Assembly (NCBI GenBank): GCA_964012805.1
Contig: CAXGUD010000063.1
Span: 1 to 18,188, forward strand
Reading direction: 5' to 3'
From: an uncultured Bacteriovoracaceae bacterium
GTDB taxonomy: Bacteria > Bdellovibrionota > Bacteriovoracia > Bacteriovoracales > Bacteriovoracaceae
DNA length: 18,188 nucleotides
The position numbers were made by a program, and so were the translations under genes. Shown here piece after piece: positions 16,417-18,188 of this stretch (the first letter of the stretch is position 1; every line of letters begins with the position of its first letter). A model generated the notes under the pieces. That model saw only the letters and a list, made by a program, of their open reading frames with translations. It did not search any database and was not told where the DNA came from.

Positions 16417-17217
16417 ATGAAATCTTTCTTATTTATTTTCATTTCTACTCTTCTTTCTTTAACGGCCAATTCCAAGGTAATAACTATATGTTATGAAAAT
16501 AGGGAAGTTGCTCCTTATTGGATGGGAAATAGTGCGACAGTACCTACTCAACTACCTGGTTTGGGTGTTGAACAAATACAGTACCTAGATAAGCTTGAAA
16601 AAAATGCCAAGTTTACTTTTAAGCGGTTTCCCTGGAAAAGATGCCAAAAAATGCTTAAACGAGGCAAAGTTGATGGAATTATCGGGAGTTATAAAAGGAA
16701 AAGAGAAGACATTGGTGCTTATCCTAAAAATAACTTTGGGGGTATAGACGTAAATAGGTCTATTTCGAAAAGAAGTGCGTCACTTTTGTTTAAACTAAAA
16801 AATGATCCTATCAAATTTGAAAATGGAAAGTTTATAAACCTTAAAAACAGAAGGGTTGGCGGTGTTTTAGGTTATGGAAGTAATTCTAAGTTAAGAAAAT
16901 TAGCAAAAAATGTCTTAGAGGTAAGAGATATGGATAGCCTTTTTACTATGCTTGAAAAAAAGAGACTCGCTGCCGTTTTAGTAAAGGAACTTCCTTCAAA
17001 AGCTTATTTTTTACAAAAACCTCTCAAGGAAAAGATTTTTATTGAATTTGGTTATATTGAAAAAAAGAAAGCTGTCCCTGGAGCTTACCTCATTCTTTCC
17101 CACCAATTTTATAAAAATAATGAAAAGCTTTCTGAAAAACTATGGAATCATATGCCTGAAGTTAGAAAAGAGGTGCCAAAGATCGCACAAAAATATTTTT
17201 TAAATTTAAAAAAATAA
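16417..17217 (+). CDS. Periplasmic substrate-binding protein (SBP family 3 / polar amino-acid type), orphan
   Basis: Signal peptide, APY, G-x2-VE, PWKRC-x3-LKRGKVDG, GGVLGY and MLEKKRL motifs of the type II periplasmic binding fold. Confidence 0.85.
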   Translation: MKSFLFIFISTLLSLTANSKVITICYENREVAPYWMGNSATVPTQLPGLGVEQIQYLDKLEKNAKFTFKRFPWKRCQKMLKRGKVDGIIGSYKRKREDIGAYPKNNFGGIDVNRSISKRSASLLFKLKNDPIKFENGKFINLKNRRVGGVLGYGSNSKLRKLAKNVLEVRDMDSLFTMLEKKRLAAVLVKELPSKAYFLQKPLKEKIFIEFGYIEKKKAVPGAYLILSHQFYKNNEKLSEKLWNHMPEVRKEVPKIAQKYFLNLKK

Positions 17218-17254
17218 ATAAAACAAAAAGCCTATTGTTTTCATAAAGAACTTT

Positions 17255-17281
17255 TTAATATCTGCCATTAAAGACCGATAC
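17255..17281 (+). promoter_or_regulatory. Possible sigma28 (FliA)-like promoter
   Basis: TTAA-N15-ACCGATAC, same spacing as the motif at 2642-2668. Confidence 0.35.
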
Positions 17282-17344
17282 AGCTTTAAGATTCATGAAA
17301 CTAAATATAAATTATTAATAAAATAATTTTATAGGCTTATTTAG

Positions 17345-18188
17345 ATGATAAAAAAAGGTGAGAAAATTATTTTCGGTCATAACAACACCTTTAACGCTCC
17401 TTCTGTCTCCATTTCCTATAAAGGTAATCTTTTTTCAGAAAACTTCGATGTTTCAAAACAACTTCAAAACTCTTTCTTGTACTCAACAAAAAAAGATTCA
17501 TTGGAACACTTAAAAACGCTTCTTAATGAAAAAGGGATTTCCCTCTCGTACCCTACCAAGATATTTTTTAGAACAACTTGGAGACCATCTCTTAAAAATT
17601 TTCTTTTCAAAAAGAAGATTCACGAAAATAATTTCTCATTATTCTCTCAAAATGTTTACCTAAAAAGCCTTCCAATTGTTATGTTTCAAATTAGAAAAAA
17701 GTTTAAATCTAACTCAAAAATAATATTTCAACATTACAAAACTGATCACCACCTTTCCCATGCTGCTAATGCTGTCTATACCTCTACATTTGATAAATGT
17801 GCCGTTATGATTATTGACGATTTTGGTGAAAATTTTTCTACAACTTTTTATAGTTTTAAAAATAACTCATTTAAAGTCATCCAAAAAAATAAAGCAAGTC
17901 TTGGAAAGCTTTATACATCTATTACCAAGTTATGCAATTTACCATCTGATTACAGAGGTCATTTAAAAATGGCCGAACTAAGCTCAAGCGGTAAGTTTAT
18001 TCAGAGTCTATATGATTTTTTCTCAAAGAAAGTAAGACGAAGAGGACTTCGGTTTTCAATAGATTTCCGATCTGAGGACGCAGAAGAGTTAAAAAATAAT
18101 TTAAACTTATCTAAAGAAATAAATAAAGCGGACCTTGCCTATAATTTTCAAGAGTTTTTTACAGACACTATTATTGATTTGGCCACAA
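17345..18188 (+). CDS. NodU/CmcH-family carbamoyltransferase-like protein (Kae1-like N-terminal domain), 3'-truncated by the window edge
   Basis: Absent from the ORF track because no stop is reached. Open frame from ATG 17345 contains DHHLSHAANAVYTSTF, AVMIIDDFGE, SLGKLYTSITKLC and ADLAYNFQ. Confidence 0.82.
   Translation, partial: MIKKGEKIIFGHNNTFNAPSVSISYKGNLFSENFDVSKQLQNSFLYSTKKDSLEHLKTLLNEKGISLSYPTKIFFRTTWRPSLKNFLFKKKIHENNFSLFSQNVYLKSLPIVMFQIRKKFKSNSKIIFQHYKTDHHLSHAANAVYTSTFDKCAVMIIDDFGENFSTTFYSFKNNSFKVIQKNKASLGKLYTSITKLCNLPSDYRGHLKMAELSSSGKFIQSLYDFFSKKVRRRGLRFSIDFRSEDAEELKNNLNLSKEINKADLAYNFQEFFTDTIIDLAT

Overview
AT-rich bacterial chromosomal window. The gene complement and style suggest a Bdellovibrionota/Bacteriovoracaceae-like organism, but this is inference only. 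The left part holds a 5'-truncated SAM methyltransferase-like gene and a minus-strand cluster: a near-consensus sigma54 promoter, an unannotated 47-aa cationic ORF, a secreted protein with a Ser/Thr/Gly beta-hairpin tail, a rod-like structured intergenic element, a secreted Cys protein and a DUF2007-like protein. Divergent from it is a 1209-aa 7TM-DISM hybrid histidine kinase with two REC domains and a class III adenylate cyclase. A housekeeping-like minus-strand block follows (heterodimeric ABC exporter, DsbA-like lipoprotein, pyk, queG), then tRNA-Val(GAC). Downstream of the tRNA is a more AT-rich accessory region: a DUF2207-like gene broken by an in-frame TAG and a poly-A frameshift and bracketed by 29-bp direct repeats, a 53-aa acidic ORF, an orphan substrate-binding protein and a 3'-truncated, motif-degenerate NodU/CmcH-type carbamoyltransferase. 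The best novelty candidates are the repeat-bounded single-gene cassette, the sigma54 peptide/beta-protein operon and the structured RNA. All domain calls come from reading motifs by eye; no database searches were run.
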